From the NCBI GenBank assembly GCA_965212015.1, contig OZ243037.1, positions 1,600,001 to 1,664,000 of the forward strand: 64,000 bases of DNA, read 5' to 3'. The notes below the pieces were generated by a model. The model ran no database searches, was not told the origin of the DNA, and saw only the letters and a list, made by a program, of their open reading frames with translations. Source of the DNA: Cenarchaeum sp. (GTDB taxonomy: Archaea > Thermoproteota > Nitrososphaeria > Nitrososphaerales > Nitrosopumilaceae). Shown in pieces: positions 27,002 to 36,937 of this stretch. Position 1 is the first letter of the stretch, and each line of letters opens with the position of its first letter. Made by a program: the position numbers and the translations under genes.

Positions 27002-28135
27002 ATGAAACTTTCAAACGGATTCATGATGATCGTGCTGGCAGTATCAATCCTGTCATACGGAATCCCCGGTGCGAGCTTTGCACAGGAGGACGGCGAGGAT
27101 GACAGCGGCATAGTGGAGCAGCTGCTGCCCATTACCATCAGTACCGATTCTGAAACTTATGAGGCCGGTGACACCATTACCATTTCGGGACAGTTAAAGA
27201 CCATATCCAACCTAATGTCGGATGTTACAATTATCGTCGATGCTCCCAACAATCCGGCGTTTATCGTAGCTCAGCCAACTCCAGCCATGGACGGCTCATT
27301 TACCAAGACAGTTTTTACAGGGGGTTCCCTGTGGAAGGTGAGCGGAGAGTATACAATCACTGCCACATATCTACGAGGTGTGGGTGATTCGATTAACGCC
27401 GTTGGCACCTTTACATTTACAGCAGCAGGAGAAGAGCCGCCCGAGGAAATAACCTGCCCGGAGGGCCAGGTCCTTGAGGACGGCGCCTGCGTCGACGAGG
27501 TAGTGGAGCTAGAGTGCGCCGAAGGTGAAAAGGAGGTAGACGGGGAATGCGTCTCTATTGCACCCCCGCCACCAGAGTGCGCCGAAGATGAAAATCTAGT
27601 CAACGGGGAATGCGTCTCTATTGCGCCTCCCCCACTTGAATGCGGAGCCAATCAAATAGAAAAGAACGGGGAATGCGTAGACGAGCTTACATGTGGAGAG
27701 GGAACAATAAAGAACCCTACAACCGGACAGTGTGAGGCAGCGCCGCCAAAATCTGGCTGCCTGATTGCTACTGCGGCATACGGCTCTGAGCTTGCGCCAC
27801 AGGTACAGTTGCTGCGAGAGATTCGTGACAATACGCTGCTGTCCACCGAATCCGGAACATCATTTATGGGCGGATTCAGCCAGGCCTATTACTCGTTTTC
27901 ACCCACAATAGCGGACCTTGAGAGGGAGAATCCCGCATTCCGCGAGGCAGTAAAGCTGTTCATCACACCAATGCTTGCCACCCTGTCAATAATGACGCTG
28001 GCCGAAGAGGGCTCTGAATCACAGGTGCTTGCACTCGGAATATCGGTAATTGCGCTGAACCTTGGAATGTACATTGCGGCACCTGCCGTCGTGGGCCTCA
28101 AGATACGCGGTCATTTCAAGGCAAAAGACCTCTAA
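27002..28135 (+). CDS. CFI-box-CTERM surface protein with an Ig-like domain and Cys-rich repeats
   Basis: Signal peptide; GCLIATAAYGSELAPQVQLLREIRD motif; C-terminal TM. Confidence 0.88.
   Translation: MKLSNGFMMIVLAVSILSYGIPGASFAQEDGEDDSGIVEQLLPITISTDSETYEAGDTITISGQLKTISNLMSDVTIIVDAPNNPAFIVAQPTPAMDGSFTKTVFTGGSLWKVSGEYTITATYLRGVGDSINAVGTFTFTAAGEEPPEEITCPEGQVLEDGACVDEVVELECAEGEKEVDGECVSIAPPPPECAEDENLVNGECVSIAPPPLECGANQIEKNGECVDELTCGEGTIKNPTTGQCEAAPPKSGCLIATAAYGSELAPQVQLLREIRDNTLLSTESGTSFMGGFSQAYYSFSPTIADLERENPAFREAVKLFITPMLATLSIMTLAEEGSESQVLALGISVIALNLGMYIAAPAVVGLKIRGHFKAKDL
27511..27680 (+). repeat. 63-bp imperfect coding tandem repeat (about 3 units)
   Basis: AGAGTGCGCCGAAG at 27511 and 27574; ACGGGGAATGCGT at 27540, 27603 and 27666. 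Confidence 0.85.
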
Positions 28136-28166
28136 GTTATTATACTGAAAACCGCCCACAATACCC

Positions 28167-28490
28167 ATGAACATAGAGTATGAGGAGTTTGAGACGATCG
28201 GGGACATATTCATGTACATGTCGTCTGCCGCACCGCCGATGAAAAACACAATGCCTGTAAACTCTTACAAGGGATACGTGATGGCCTTTATCCCGCTCAG
28301 CCCTGCAACCGGCGATACGTACCTCATGATCTATGCCAAGGGCGACCTGGAGCAGGGAATATACGAGTTTGATCTTTCCACAAAAACCTACAAAAAAGTC
28401 GACGCAATAGAGCGGGCAGACAAGAATTACTTTGTATCCCTCACGCCAAAGCGAAACACCATAGCGGATGCCGCCATAGAAAAACTATAG
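28167..28490 (+). CDS. Hypothetical protein
   Basis: Clean 107-aa ORF with TATA-like TTATTATA upstream. Confidence 0.7.
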   Translation: MNIEYEEFETIGDIFMYMSSAAPPMKNTMPVNSYKGYVMAFIPLSPATGDTYLMIYAKGDLEQGIYEFDLSTKTYKKVDAIERADKNYFVSLTPKRNTIADAAIEKL

Positions 28491-30062
28491 CTTTTTGGTC
28501 TCTATCCTGGGGGCAGACACGGACCTGCTTCTGGCATACTTGTCGATTATCTCATCAGGAGTCCTTCCGTTAAAGAGATCCTTGCACAGGCCCCTCAGGT
28601 ACCTCATGATTGCCCAGCTTCCGGCCTTGATTATTCCGTACATGAATAGCTTCATGGGGGGCCCGTAGGTCTTGTTTCTGAGAATGATCGGAATAATGTC
28701 ATTGATCACCCGGAGGTTGTTCTCCCAGCACCTCCAAAAGAGGGTAAACTGCGCCTCGTTGAGGTTGCCAAAGTGCATAGAGTTCTTTTCGCCGAAATCC
28801 TGGTAAAGCAGCGGTGCCACCAGTCCCCTGAAATTCATGGCCCTAAAGTCCTTTGTCATGTCGATGGTGTACTGGACGTCCTCTGGCGTCTCATCGGGCC
28901 ATCCTATGATTATGGTAGCCGCCGGAAACCAGTGGTTTTTGTTGAGAATCTCTGCGCCCTCCCTTACCACGCTGCCCCACTCCTCCGGTGCAAACGGCTT
29001 TGTCTTTACGCCGAGGTGCTTTTTTACCATGCTTGGCGCGACTGTCTCGATTCCGAGGTTTGTTGCAAGCCACCTGTTGTCCTCGTGCTGCCTGTTGATA
29101 TCCGATATCTGCCGCATCAGCTCGGGATCCGCTGCCACTGCGGAGAATGTCATGTGCGTGGTTCCTATAAAGTTGGCACCAAGCCCCTTTAGGCCCCTCC
29201 ACAGCTCGGTGATTGCGTCCCTGTTTGGGATAAAGTCCCTGTTGTCGCATCCGTATAGTAGCATCTCGTCGGAGTGCAGCCATATCGAGTCGAATCCGTA
29301 CTTTAGGTTAATCTCCGCCTCGTGCTGGAGCCTATCTAGCGGCAGGTCCTTTTTCGATCTCTTGTTTACGTCGCAAAAGTCGCAGCCCCTCCCGCATCCG
29401 CGCATGGCCTCTATGAGCGAGTTGACAGTGGGCCCCTCTATTACCGGGATGTTTTGTATGTTTTTTACAAAGCAGTGCATAAGCTCAGGCGAGTCGTCAT
29501 TTTCCAGATCGTTGAACAAATCCAGCGCAAGCTCGTCTGCCTCGCCTATTACCACCGTGTCTATGCCGTGAATCTTCATCCTGTCAGTCTTTGCAAGCTC
29601 CCACGCCCCGTTGCCGCCGACGACTACGTGAAAGTCGTACTTTTTCTTTAGCTGGATTATCTGGGCGCACATGCGCTTGAACTTCATTGCGACATAGGAC
29701 AGCTTTTCTGGGGACATTGTGGTGGTGACCGGCGCCATGCCGAGCGGGTCCATTACGTTTATTCCGACCACCTTGGTGTCCGGCCCGATTGACTTTTCCA
29801 AATAGTCCGGATTTGACACAAAGACCTCGTCTCTGTCATACCCCTGCAAAAGGGCGCTCTCTATGCGCCTCAGCCCCACCTGTGCCACCTTGGCCTCGCC
29901 GGTAACCGGATCGGTCTCGACTGGCGGGCAGAACACCTTGTCGAAGACCCATTCTGGCAGGACCTCGTACGGCCCGCACGCGATAAACCCGTAAAGAAAA
30001 TTCCCCCTGTAATTTGTCATTAGGCTTCGATCCGCAGTAAGCACTATCCGTTTTCCTGACAA
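28485..30062 (-). CDS. B12-binding-domain radical SAM protein
   Basis: RGCGRGCDFC (CxxxCxxC), VVGG..VVIGEA; likely TTG start at 30062. Confidence 0.88.
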   Translation of the reverse strand: MSGKRIVLTADRSLMTNYRGNFLYGFIACGPYEVLPEWVFDKVFCPPVETDPVTGEAKVAQVGLRRIESALLQGYDRDEVFVSNPDYLEKSIGPDTKVVGINVMDPLGMAPVTTTMSPEKLSYVAMKFKRMCAQIIQLKKKYDFHVVVGGNGAWELAKTDRMKIHGIDTVVIGEADELALDLFNDLENDDSPELMHCFVKNIQNIPVIEGPTVNSLIEAMRGCGRGCDFCDVNKRSKKDLPLDRLQHEAEINLKYGFDSIWLHSDEMLLYGCDNRDFIPNRDAITELWRGLKGLGANFIGTTHMTFSAVAADPELMRQISDINRQHEDNRWLATNLGIETVAPSMVKKHLGVKTKPFAPEEWGSVVREGAEILNKNHWFPAATIIIGWPDETPEDVQYTIDMTKDFRAMNFRGLVAPLLYQDFGEKNSMHFGNLNEAQFTLFWRCWENNLRVINDIIPIILRNKTYGPPMKLFMYGIIKAGSWAIMRYLRGLCKDLFNGRTPDEIIDKYARSRSVSAPRIETKKL

Positions 30063-30157
30063 TATCCCAAGCTGACCCAGCATTGTATATATCATTTACG
30101 AGAAGCCGCAGTACGAAAAGCCGCGTTTTTCAAGGCCGGCCCGATCCCATGCGGAGC

Positions 30158-30943
30158 CTATCGGTTTTTTTTGAGCCGTCTCCGGTGGACCATGTTGGAG
30201 ATGTTTGCAGCCGCCGCACCTGCCCCTATCCCGTTGTCTATGTTGACTATTGACATTCCCAGCGAGCAGCTCTGAAGCATCGATGCCAGGGCGGCGACCC
30301 CCCTGCTGCCGTATCCGTAGCCCACGGAGCTTGGCACCCCTATTACCGGCACGTCCACCAGCGACGATACGACTGTGGCAAGCGCCCCCTCCATTCCGGC
30401 CACCACTATTATCGCATCTGCGTTCCTTGAGACCAGATCCTTTAGCACCGGAAACAGCCTGTGCATTCCGGCCACGCCGACGTCATAGCTGCAGACGCCC
30501 TCGCAGCCCATCGCCTTGCACATGAGGCGCGCCTCCTCTGCCACCCCGATATCAGATGTCCCGGCGCAGACTATGCCCACTGTTCCGCGCATCCTGATTG
30601 GCTTTTTGTAAAACAGTATGGACGACGAGTTTCTTCCCTGATCCGACCGCACCCCGATTTTTTTTGCAAGCGCCGCAATTTTTGGATGATCGTCTTTGCG
30701 AATCCGTGAAACTAAAACCCTGTCTGATTTTTCCAGCGTACGCCGGACTATTTTTTTAATCTCTGCGAGCTGCTTGCCTTCTGCAAAGACCACCTCGGGG
30801 ACGCCCTTTCTGTTCCTTCTTCCCGAGTCAATCCTGGCAAAATCCTCGACTTTTTCTATAGAGTACAGCGACAGCAGCTTTTGTGCCCCTGGAACGTCTA
30901 TCCTTCCGGCCTTTAGTGATTCGAGGATCTCGTCTAGCTCCAA
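30158..30943 (-). CDS. larB: Nickel-pincer cofactor biosynthesis protein LarB
   Basis: GVPEVVFAEGK, AGTSD, DVGVAG, AGMEGAL, PSSVGYG, NIDNG. Confidence 0.93.
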   Translation of the reverse strand: MELDEILESLKAGRIDVPGAQKLLSLYSIEKVEDFARIDSGRRNRKGVPEVVFAEGKQLAEIKKIVRRTLEKSDRVLVSRIRKDDHPKIAALAKKIGVRSDQGRNSSSILFYKKPIRMRGTVGIVCAGTSDIGVAEEARLMCKAMGCEGVCSYDVGVAGMHRLFPVLKDLVSRNADAIIVVAGMEGALATVVSSLVDVPVIGVPSSVGYGYGSRGVAALASMLQSCSLGMSIVNIDNGIGAGAAAANISNMVHRRRLKKNR

Positions 30944-30975
30944 CTATAACACGGCCTGCTTGTCTGGATAAATAT

Positions 30976-31899
30976 CTAATCCGCAACGCCCGAAATGGCG
31001 CCCTTGACGCTGGCTATGCCCCTATCAAAGGTCGCCCTCTCCTCGCCGTCAAGATCAAGCTCTATTATCCTCTCGACGCCCCCCCTGCCAATCACGGCGG
31101 GAACGCCTATGGAGACGTCCGTATGGCCGTACTCCCCGTCAAGATATGTCGCAACGGGAATCACCTGCTTTTTGTCCATCTTTACTGATTCCACAATGGC
31201 AGATATTGCGTTTCCCGGGGCGTGAACCGTCGCGCCCTTTAGCTCGATTACCTTGGCTGCAACCTGCCTCGTATTCCTGACAAGCTCGTCGAGCTTTTCT
31301 TTTGGCAGGAGGCCGGAGAGCGGGATTCCGGATACCGACGAAAACCTGACAAGCGGAAGCATGTTCTCGCCGTGCTCGCCGATTACCAGCGCCCTGATAG
31401 AGTCCCTAGAGTGACCGGTGGACTCGTGGATAAACTGCCTGAATCTTGACAGATCCAGCATTCCGCCCATTCCAAACACCCTGTTTCTCTCAAAGCCGGA
31501 CGTCTTGTATGTAATGTACGCCATTGGATCAAGCGGGTTTGTCACCGGGATTATCATGGAATCGGCCGCATGCCGCTTTATGTTCCCGACTATATCCCTG
31601 ACTATTCCGGCATTGATCTTTAGCAGGTCCATTCTGGTCATTCCGGGCTTTCTTCCGGATCCTGCCACCACTATGACGATATCCGATCCCCCCATCTCCG
31701 AATAGTCGTTGGAGCCGCGCACCTGCACGTCTATTCCGCGCTCTGAGAGCATCTGGTTTATGTCCATGGCCTCGCCCTGCGGAAGGCCCTTGACTATGTC
31801 CAAAAGCACAATCTCCCGATCCAGCCTTTTGAGCGCGCAAAACATGGCCGCATCGCCGCCCACCTTGCCGGCGCCTATTATCGTAATCATGCCCGACAA
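30976..31899 (-). CDS. mdh: Malate dehydrogenase (LDH-like)
   Basis: [25 protein letters not shown] motifs. Confidence 0.93.
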   Translation of the reverse strand: MSGMITIIGAGKVGGDAAMFCALKRLDREIVLLDIVKGLPQGEAMDINQMLSERGIDVQVRGSNDYSEMGGSDIVIVVAGSGRKPGMTRMDLLKINAGIVRDIVGNIKRHAADSMIIPVTNPLDPMAYITYKTSGFERNRVFGMGGMLDLSRFRQFIHESTGHSRDSIRALVIGEHGENMLPLVRFSSVSGIPLSGLLPKEKLDELVRNTRQVAAKVIELKGATVHAPGNAISAIVESVKMDKKQVIPVATYLDGEYGHTDVSIGVPAVIGRGGVERIIELDLDGEERATFDRGIASVKGAISGVAD

Positions 31900-31975
31900 T
31901 CCCGATTTTCAGTAATTAAATCTAGTGACAATATCTCCAGATATAATTTATATGCATTTTAGCCGTCCGTAAATA

Positions 31976-33205
31976 ATGGTACTGGTAATTGACTCCCAGG
32001 TTGCAGGCATCGCCGGCGACATGATCCTCTCCTCGCTTGTGGACATGGGCTCAGACAAGGCCAGGATAATAGACGGCATAAGGTCCGCAGAAAAGCTTCT
32101 TGACGGCGTAAGGATAAAAAAAATCGACTTTGTAAGGGCCAGCAAGCACGGGATGGATGCGACCCGGATGGTGCTGGAGCTCGACGAGGACCACGACACC
32201 GCAAGGGGGACTGTTATCATGGACTGCATAGGCAGGACGTGCGAAAAAATCGGGCTATCGGGGGAGGCTACTGCGTTTGCGGCCTCGTGCATCTCGACTC
32301 TGATAGCCGCAGAGTCAAGAATCCACGGCGAGCCGGCAGATTCCGTGCATTTTCACGAGGCCTCCAGCTTTGACACGATAGCCGACATTGTAGGGACTGC
32401 CATTGCAGCAGACGATCTCTCGCTGTTTGACGAGGAGATAGTCTGCACGCCGGTGGCGGTGGGAAGCAAAACAATAGAGTTCTCCCACGGCGTCTCCTCT
32501 AATCCGGCAGGGGCGATACTTGAGATATTTAGGGATTCGGGCGTGATGATTCTGGGAAACCAGACCGGAAAAGAGATGACTACGCCCACCGGTGCGTGCA
32601 TACTGGTAAACCTGTCTGGCTCCTGCCAAGAGTTTTACCCGATGATGAGAGTAGAGCATACGGGATACGGCGCGGGGGCAAGGGACTTTGAGGGTTTTGC
32701 CAACGTCTTAAAGCTGGTCCGCGGCCCGAAAAACGAGGGCTATACGTCTGATACGGTAAACATACTAGAGACCAACATTGACGATGCCACAGGCGAGGCC
32801 CTGGGACACATGATTGAAAAGACCATGCAGGCAGGCGCCAGCGACGTGACAGTCTCGCCGGCAATAACAAAAAAGGGGCGTCCGACGCACCTGGTCTCTG
32901 TCATCTGCAGGCCCGGTCTGGCAGCGCACCTGGCCGATCTTCTCGTATCTGAGACGGGCACCCTGGGGGTCCGGGTGAGGACATCGGGGCGCATAAGGGC
33001 CTCCCGCCGCGCCCTGGAGGCCGGCATAACGCTCAAGGGCCGGGATTTTACCGTCCGCTACAAGGCAAACGACGCATCAGGCCGCTTTAAGATCGAGGCC
33101 GACGACATTAGGACGGTCTCCGAGTCCCTCGGGGAGCCGTTTGGACGCACAGAAGAATTAATCAGGAACGAGATAAACAGGATGGTACGGCATGAAAAAG
33201 CTTGA
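31976..33205 (+). CDS. larC: Nickel-pincer cofactor nickel insertase LarC
   Basis: GIAGDM, VHFHE, TPTGA, ETNIDD, KKGRP, ETGTLGVR. Confidence 0.92.
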   Translation: MVLVIDSQVAGIAGDMILSSLVDMGSDKARIIDGIRSAEKLLDGVRIKKIDFVRASKHGMDATRMVLELDEDHDTARGTVIMDCIGRTCEKIGLSGEATAFAASCISTLIAAESRIHGEPADSVHFHEASSFDTIADIVGTAIAADDLSLFDEEIVCTPVAVGSKTIEFSHGVSSNPAGAILEIFRDSGVMILGNQTGKEMTTPTGACILVNLSGSCQEFYPMMRVEHTGYGAGARDFEGFANVLKLVRGPKNEGYTSDTVNILETNIDDATGEALGHMIEKTMQAGASDVTVSPAITKKGRPTHLVSVICRPGLAAHLADLLVSETGTLGVRVRTSGRIRASRRALEAGITLKGRDFTVRYKANDASGRFKIEADDIRTVSESLGEPFGRTEELIRNEINRMVRHEKA

Positions 33206-33992
33206 CGATCTGACCGAATGGTTCGCCGGCAGGGGCGGCACACTCGTGGCGCTGTCCGGGGGAGTGGACAGCTCCCTTGTGGCGTATGCGGCGCACAAAA
33301 AACTGGGGAGCCGCGCAATAGCAGTCACTGCCGACTACAAGACGCTCTCCCGGGAGGAGCTGGCGTGCGCAAGGGCAGTCTGCAAGGAGATCCGGATACG
33401 GCAGATTCTGCTAGAGTATAATGAGCTAAAAAACGAGCAGTTTGTCCGCAACGACTCTGACCGGTGCTTTCACTGCAGAACGGAGCTTGCGCGGCGCCTT
33501 TTGGCGCTGGCCGGGCAAAACGGCATAAAGACGATAGTGGACGGGACCAACCTTGACGATCTGGGAGATTACAGGCCGGGAATCAGGGCGCTGCACGACA
33601 ACAATATACAGAGCCCGCTAGTTGAGACGGGATTTACCAAAGACGACGTACGGCGGGCCGCCCGGCATGCGGGCCTGTCAGTATATGACAGGCCGTCCAA
33701 TGCGTGTCTTGCATCCAGGATTCCCTGGGGACAGCGAGTCACCGCCGAAAGGCTGGCCAGGATTGAGCTCGGCGAGGCCCTGATTAAAAGCAGGACCGGC
33801 GCAAGGCAGATCCGCGTCAGGGACATGGACGGGATTGCGAAAATCGAAGTAGACCAGGAGAACATTGAGGAAATCTCCGGCGGCGCAGTCTTTGATGAGC
33901 TAGACTCACAGCTGCGGCTGATAGGGTTCAAGTCGGTAACTGTGGATCCCAGGGGATACCGCCAGGGCAAAATCAACGTGATTGCGGATTGA
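33192..33992 (+). CDS. larE: ATP-dependent sulfur transferase LarE
   Basis: PP-loop SGGVDS, RCFHCR, DGTNLDD, RPG, CLASR. Confidence 0.93.
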   Translation: MKKLDDLTEWFAGRGGTLVALSGGVDSSLVAYAAHKKLGSRAIAVTADYKTLSREELACARAVCKEIRIRQILLEYNELKNEQFVRNDSDRCFHCRTELARRLLALAGQNGIKTIVDGTNLDDLGDYRPGIRALHDNNIQSPLVETGFTKDDVRRAARHAGLSVYDRPSNACLASRIPWGQRVTAERLARIELGEALIKSRTGARQIRVRDMDGIAKIEVDQENIEEISGGAVFDELDSQLRLIGFKSVTVDPRGYRQGKINVIAD

Positions 33993-35146
33993 TATACCTG
34001 GACAATGCAGCATCAACGCCGGTACACCCTGAGGTGCTAGACTGCATGCTCCCGTACCTCCGGGACCTGTACGGCAATCCGTCGTCGATTCACCGTCACG
34101 GAAGGATTGCAGAAAAGGCACTGGCGCTTGCAAGAAAACAGATAGCCGGAATAATCAACGCCGCCCCCGGTGAAATCCTGCTGACCTCCGGCGGGACAGA
34201 GTCCAACAATACCGCCCTGTACGGGGTATCATTGCGCGGCAAAAAAAGGGGGATAATCACCACTGCGATAGAGCACGAGGCAGTCCTGGAGCCGTGCAGG
34301 AGGCTTGGGGGGATGGGCTTTGATGTGCGTCATCTCCCAGTCGACAAGACCGGCATGGTTGATCCCGACGAGCTTGACTGTGCAATATCTGACGATACGT
34401 GCCTGGTCTCCGTAATGCTGGCAAACAACGAGGTCGGCACCATCGAGCCCATTGAAAAAATATCCGAGATATGCCGCCGGCGCGGCATAGTGCTGCATTC
34501 TGACGCAGTGCAGGCAGTCGGAAAGATACCGGTAGACGTGGCCAAGCTGGGAGTTGATCTCTTGTCTGTCTCGTCGCACAAGCTCAACGGGCCCAAGGGG
34601 GCAGGCGCATTATACGTCCGGCGCGGCACCGGCCTGGATCCGCTCATGCTGGGAGGTGGACAGGAGGCAGGCCTGCGCTCGGGGACAGAAAACGTGGCAG
34701 GCATTGCGGGCTTTGGCATGGCCTGCGAGATGGCCGGCAAAAACCTGGATGCGAACCGCTCGCACCTTTGCGGGCTGCGGGACTATCTGGTGTCCCGGGT
34801 GCTCAAAGAGATACCCCTTGCATCCTGTAATGGCAACAGGCAGCACGTGCTTCCAGGCAATGCCCACTTTACCTTCCTTGGGGTCAACGGCGAGGATTTG
34901 ATAATCAAGCTCGACGAATATGGCATTGCCGCATCCACCGGGTCTGCCTGCTCTGTCAAGACCCAAAAGGCCTCCCACGTCCTGCATGCCATGGGCTTTT
35001 CGCACGAGCAGATCTCCGGCTCGCTGAGGCTCAGCGTGGGCCTCCTCAATACGAGGCAAGAGATCGAGCAGACGATAACTATTCTAAAGAGGATAATTAC
35101 CGAGCTCAGGGCAGTCTCGCCCTTCAAGGCCAAATACGGGTTTTAG
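33989..35146 (+). CDS. iscS: Cysteine desulfurase (IscS/NifS type)
   Basis: YLDNAAST, GNPSS, SHKLNGPKG, STGSAC. Confidence 0.93.
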   Translation: MIYLDNAASTPVHPEVLDCMLPYLRDLYGNPSSIHRHGRIAEKALALARKQIAGIINAAPGEILLTSGGTESNNTALYGVSLRGKKRGIITTAIEHEAVLEPCRRLGGMGFDVRHLPVDKTGMVDPDELDCAISDDTCLVSVMLANNEVGTIEPIEKISEICRRRGIVLHSDAVQAVGKIPVDVAKLGVDLLSVSSHKLNGPKGAGALYVRRGTGLDPLMLGGGQEAGLRSGTENVAGIAGFGMACEMAGKNLDANRSHLCGLRDYLVSRVLKEIPLASCNGNRQHVLPGNAHFTFLGVNGEDLIIKLDEYGIAASTGSACSVKTQKASHVLHAMGFSHEQISGSLRLSVGLLNTRQEIEQTITILKRIITELRAVSPFKAKYGF

Positions 35147-35942
35147 GGCCCATCCTGTTTGAGAGGATCAGGACGGATACTATTGTTGCTGCAAAAACCA
35201 CCATTGCGGCCGCCCCGAATTCCGGGACTATGCAGGTGCCGATAATTGAAATCTCAGAGTCCCCCATCTCAAAGCCAATCTTGATGGACCTCGCATCTGC
35301 GGTCTCTAGTATATTTTCATACGGAACCTCTATGCTGTCGATCAGCGTTATAAACACCTCATCACCTCCGCTGCACCCGTTTGTCTTTGCATCGATTGAC
35401 TCCCTTGGGAGCTCCACTGTCATGCTTCCGTCCTTTGTGGCATCAATGTCTGCCACTAGTGCAAAGTTGTAATAGTCGATTGCAATGTCGTTTACCGTGC
35501 CCCCGTTGATCATGTATGATACGTCAAAGTCATCTGCGCTTCCGCCGTCGACTCTAAAGCTTCCGTCCTCCTCTGCGTCTTCTGCCATAAACTCAAAGTT
35601 CGTGCTGGTAGTGACGCCGACGCCGGCCCCGGAATTGTATATGGCCTCCACTGTGTATATTCCGTCCATGTTCCATTTCTTGCCCTGAGCGATGGTCGTA
35701 TGGGTGAATTTTTTGTCCTGCGACACTGGGATCTGGGCTATCTCGACGGTGCCGTCCCCAAAGATGATCTTGATTATCACCGGGGTCTTTTCTAGTATTG
35801 TAGAGACGCTTCCGGATATGATTATGATGTCGCCGCCGACATAGGAGTCCTTTGACGTCCTCACGTCTATCTCCAGCTGGCCAAACGCGGGAACCGCGGA
35901 CACTACTATAATGATTGCGATAAGAAAAAGCCAGCCGTTCAT
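35124..35942 (-). CDS. PEFG-CTERM surface protein 1
   Basis: Signal peptide from MNGWLF; GTCIVPEFG then TM and basic tail. Confidence 0.88.
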   Translation of the reverse strand: MNGWLFLIAIIIVVSAVPAFGQLEIDVRTSKDSYVGGDIIIISGSVSTILEKTPVIIKIIFGDGTVEIAQIPVSQDKKFTHTTIAQGKKWNMDGIYTVEAIYNSGAGVGVTTSTNFEFMAEDAEEDGSFRVDGGSADDFDVSYMINGGTVNDIAIDYYNFALVADIDATKDGSMTVELPRESIDAKTNGCSGGDEVFITLIDSIEVPYENILETADARSIKIGFEMGDSEISIIGTCIVPEFGAAAMVVFAATIVSVLILSNRMGPKTRIWP

Positions 35943-35997
35943 GTTGGTTGTTTCCCGCCAATCTATATTTCTTTTACTGTGCAATCGGCAGGTTTTG

Positions 35998-36038
35998 AAA
36001 AATGAAAAAAATGATGGTTTTTAGAACCGTGGCATTGC
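35998..36038. repeat. 41-bp exact repeat (3' end plus terminator of PEFG gene 2), copy at 36915-36955
   Basis: AAAAATGAAAAAAATGATGGTTTTTAGAACCGTGGCATTGC present twice, 917 bp apart. Confidence 0.85.
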
Positions 36039-36875
36039 AAGCCTTGATCTTGTGGTAACTGCAATTATGGATACGATTGCAACTGCCAGTATCATTACTG
36101 CAATTGTGCCGAATTCCGGAATCACACAGGTTCCGCTAATCTCGATGCTTTGTGCCCCGCTGGAAAATGCGATATCCAAGCTGGTGCCGTCAAAGACATA
36201 GTCGTCTGCCTGCTCCCCGTCCACATAGACTAGGGGATCCCCGTCCTCGCTACAGCCCTGTCTTAGGGGCTGTATGCTCAGCACTCCGTCGTCCGTCGAA
36301 CTGATGGTGATGCTCATGGTGGTAAAATCGCCGCTAGTCGCGCTGGCTCCGGTGACAGTGCCGCCTGAAATGCTGTACGGTACGCAGCTGTTGTCTACGG
36401 TCAGCTCCGACTCGCCACATGATGCCTCTACTGGCCTTGTTGGCTGTTCTATGCCGTCTGTCAATTCTACAAGGACCCTGTTGTTTGTGCCGTGCTCGCC
36501 GTACTGTGCCCTGATCGTATACACGCCGTCATACTTCCACAATGTGCCATCCGTGTTGAAACTAGTCGAAAACCCGAGATTCTCATCAACTTCGATCTGT
36601 CGGATTACAATGACGCTGTTTGACGGGCTGGTCACCGTCAGCGTTATGTCAAATCCCGACTTGAGGTTTGCGACAGCGCCGCTGACTATGATCACCGAAT
36701 CGTGATCATAGGTCGAACTGTCAGTCTCGATGGTTATGGGAATTGTGCCATACGTTCCTATCAGTCCCTGGCCGGCGCCCACGTCGTCTGACAGCTGGGA
36801 GAATGCCGGCATTAGCGAGACTGCCCCAATAACTGCTATAACAGCTAGTATTGGACGTGATGTATGCGCGTTCAT
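36021..36875 (-). CDS. PEFG-CTERM surface protein 2
   Basis: Start MNAHTSR at 36875; GTCVIPEFG then TM. Confidence 0.88.
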   Translation of the reverse strand: MNAHTSRPILAVIAVIGAVSLMPAFSQLSDDVGAGQGLIGTYGTIPITIETDSSTYDHDSVIIVSGAVANLKSGFDITLTVTSPSNSVIVIRQIEVDENLGFSTSFNTDGTLWKYDGVYTIRAQYGEHGTNNRVLVELTDGIEQPTRPVEASCGESELTVDNSCVPYSISGGTVTGASATSGDFTTMSITISSTDDGVLSIQPLRQGCSEDGDPLVYVDGEQADDYVFDGTSLDIAFSSGAQSIEISGTCVIPEFGTIAVMILAVAIVSIIAVTTRSRLAMPRF

Positions 36876-36937
36876 CTGTTTATGGCTTGATCCGTCTCTA
36901 TTTATGTATATGTAAAAAATGAAAAAAATGATGGTTT

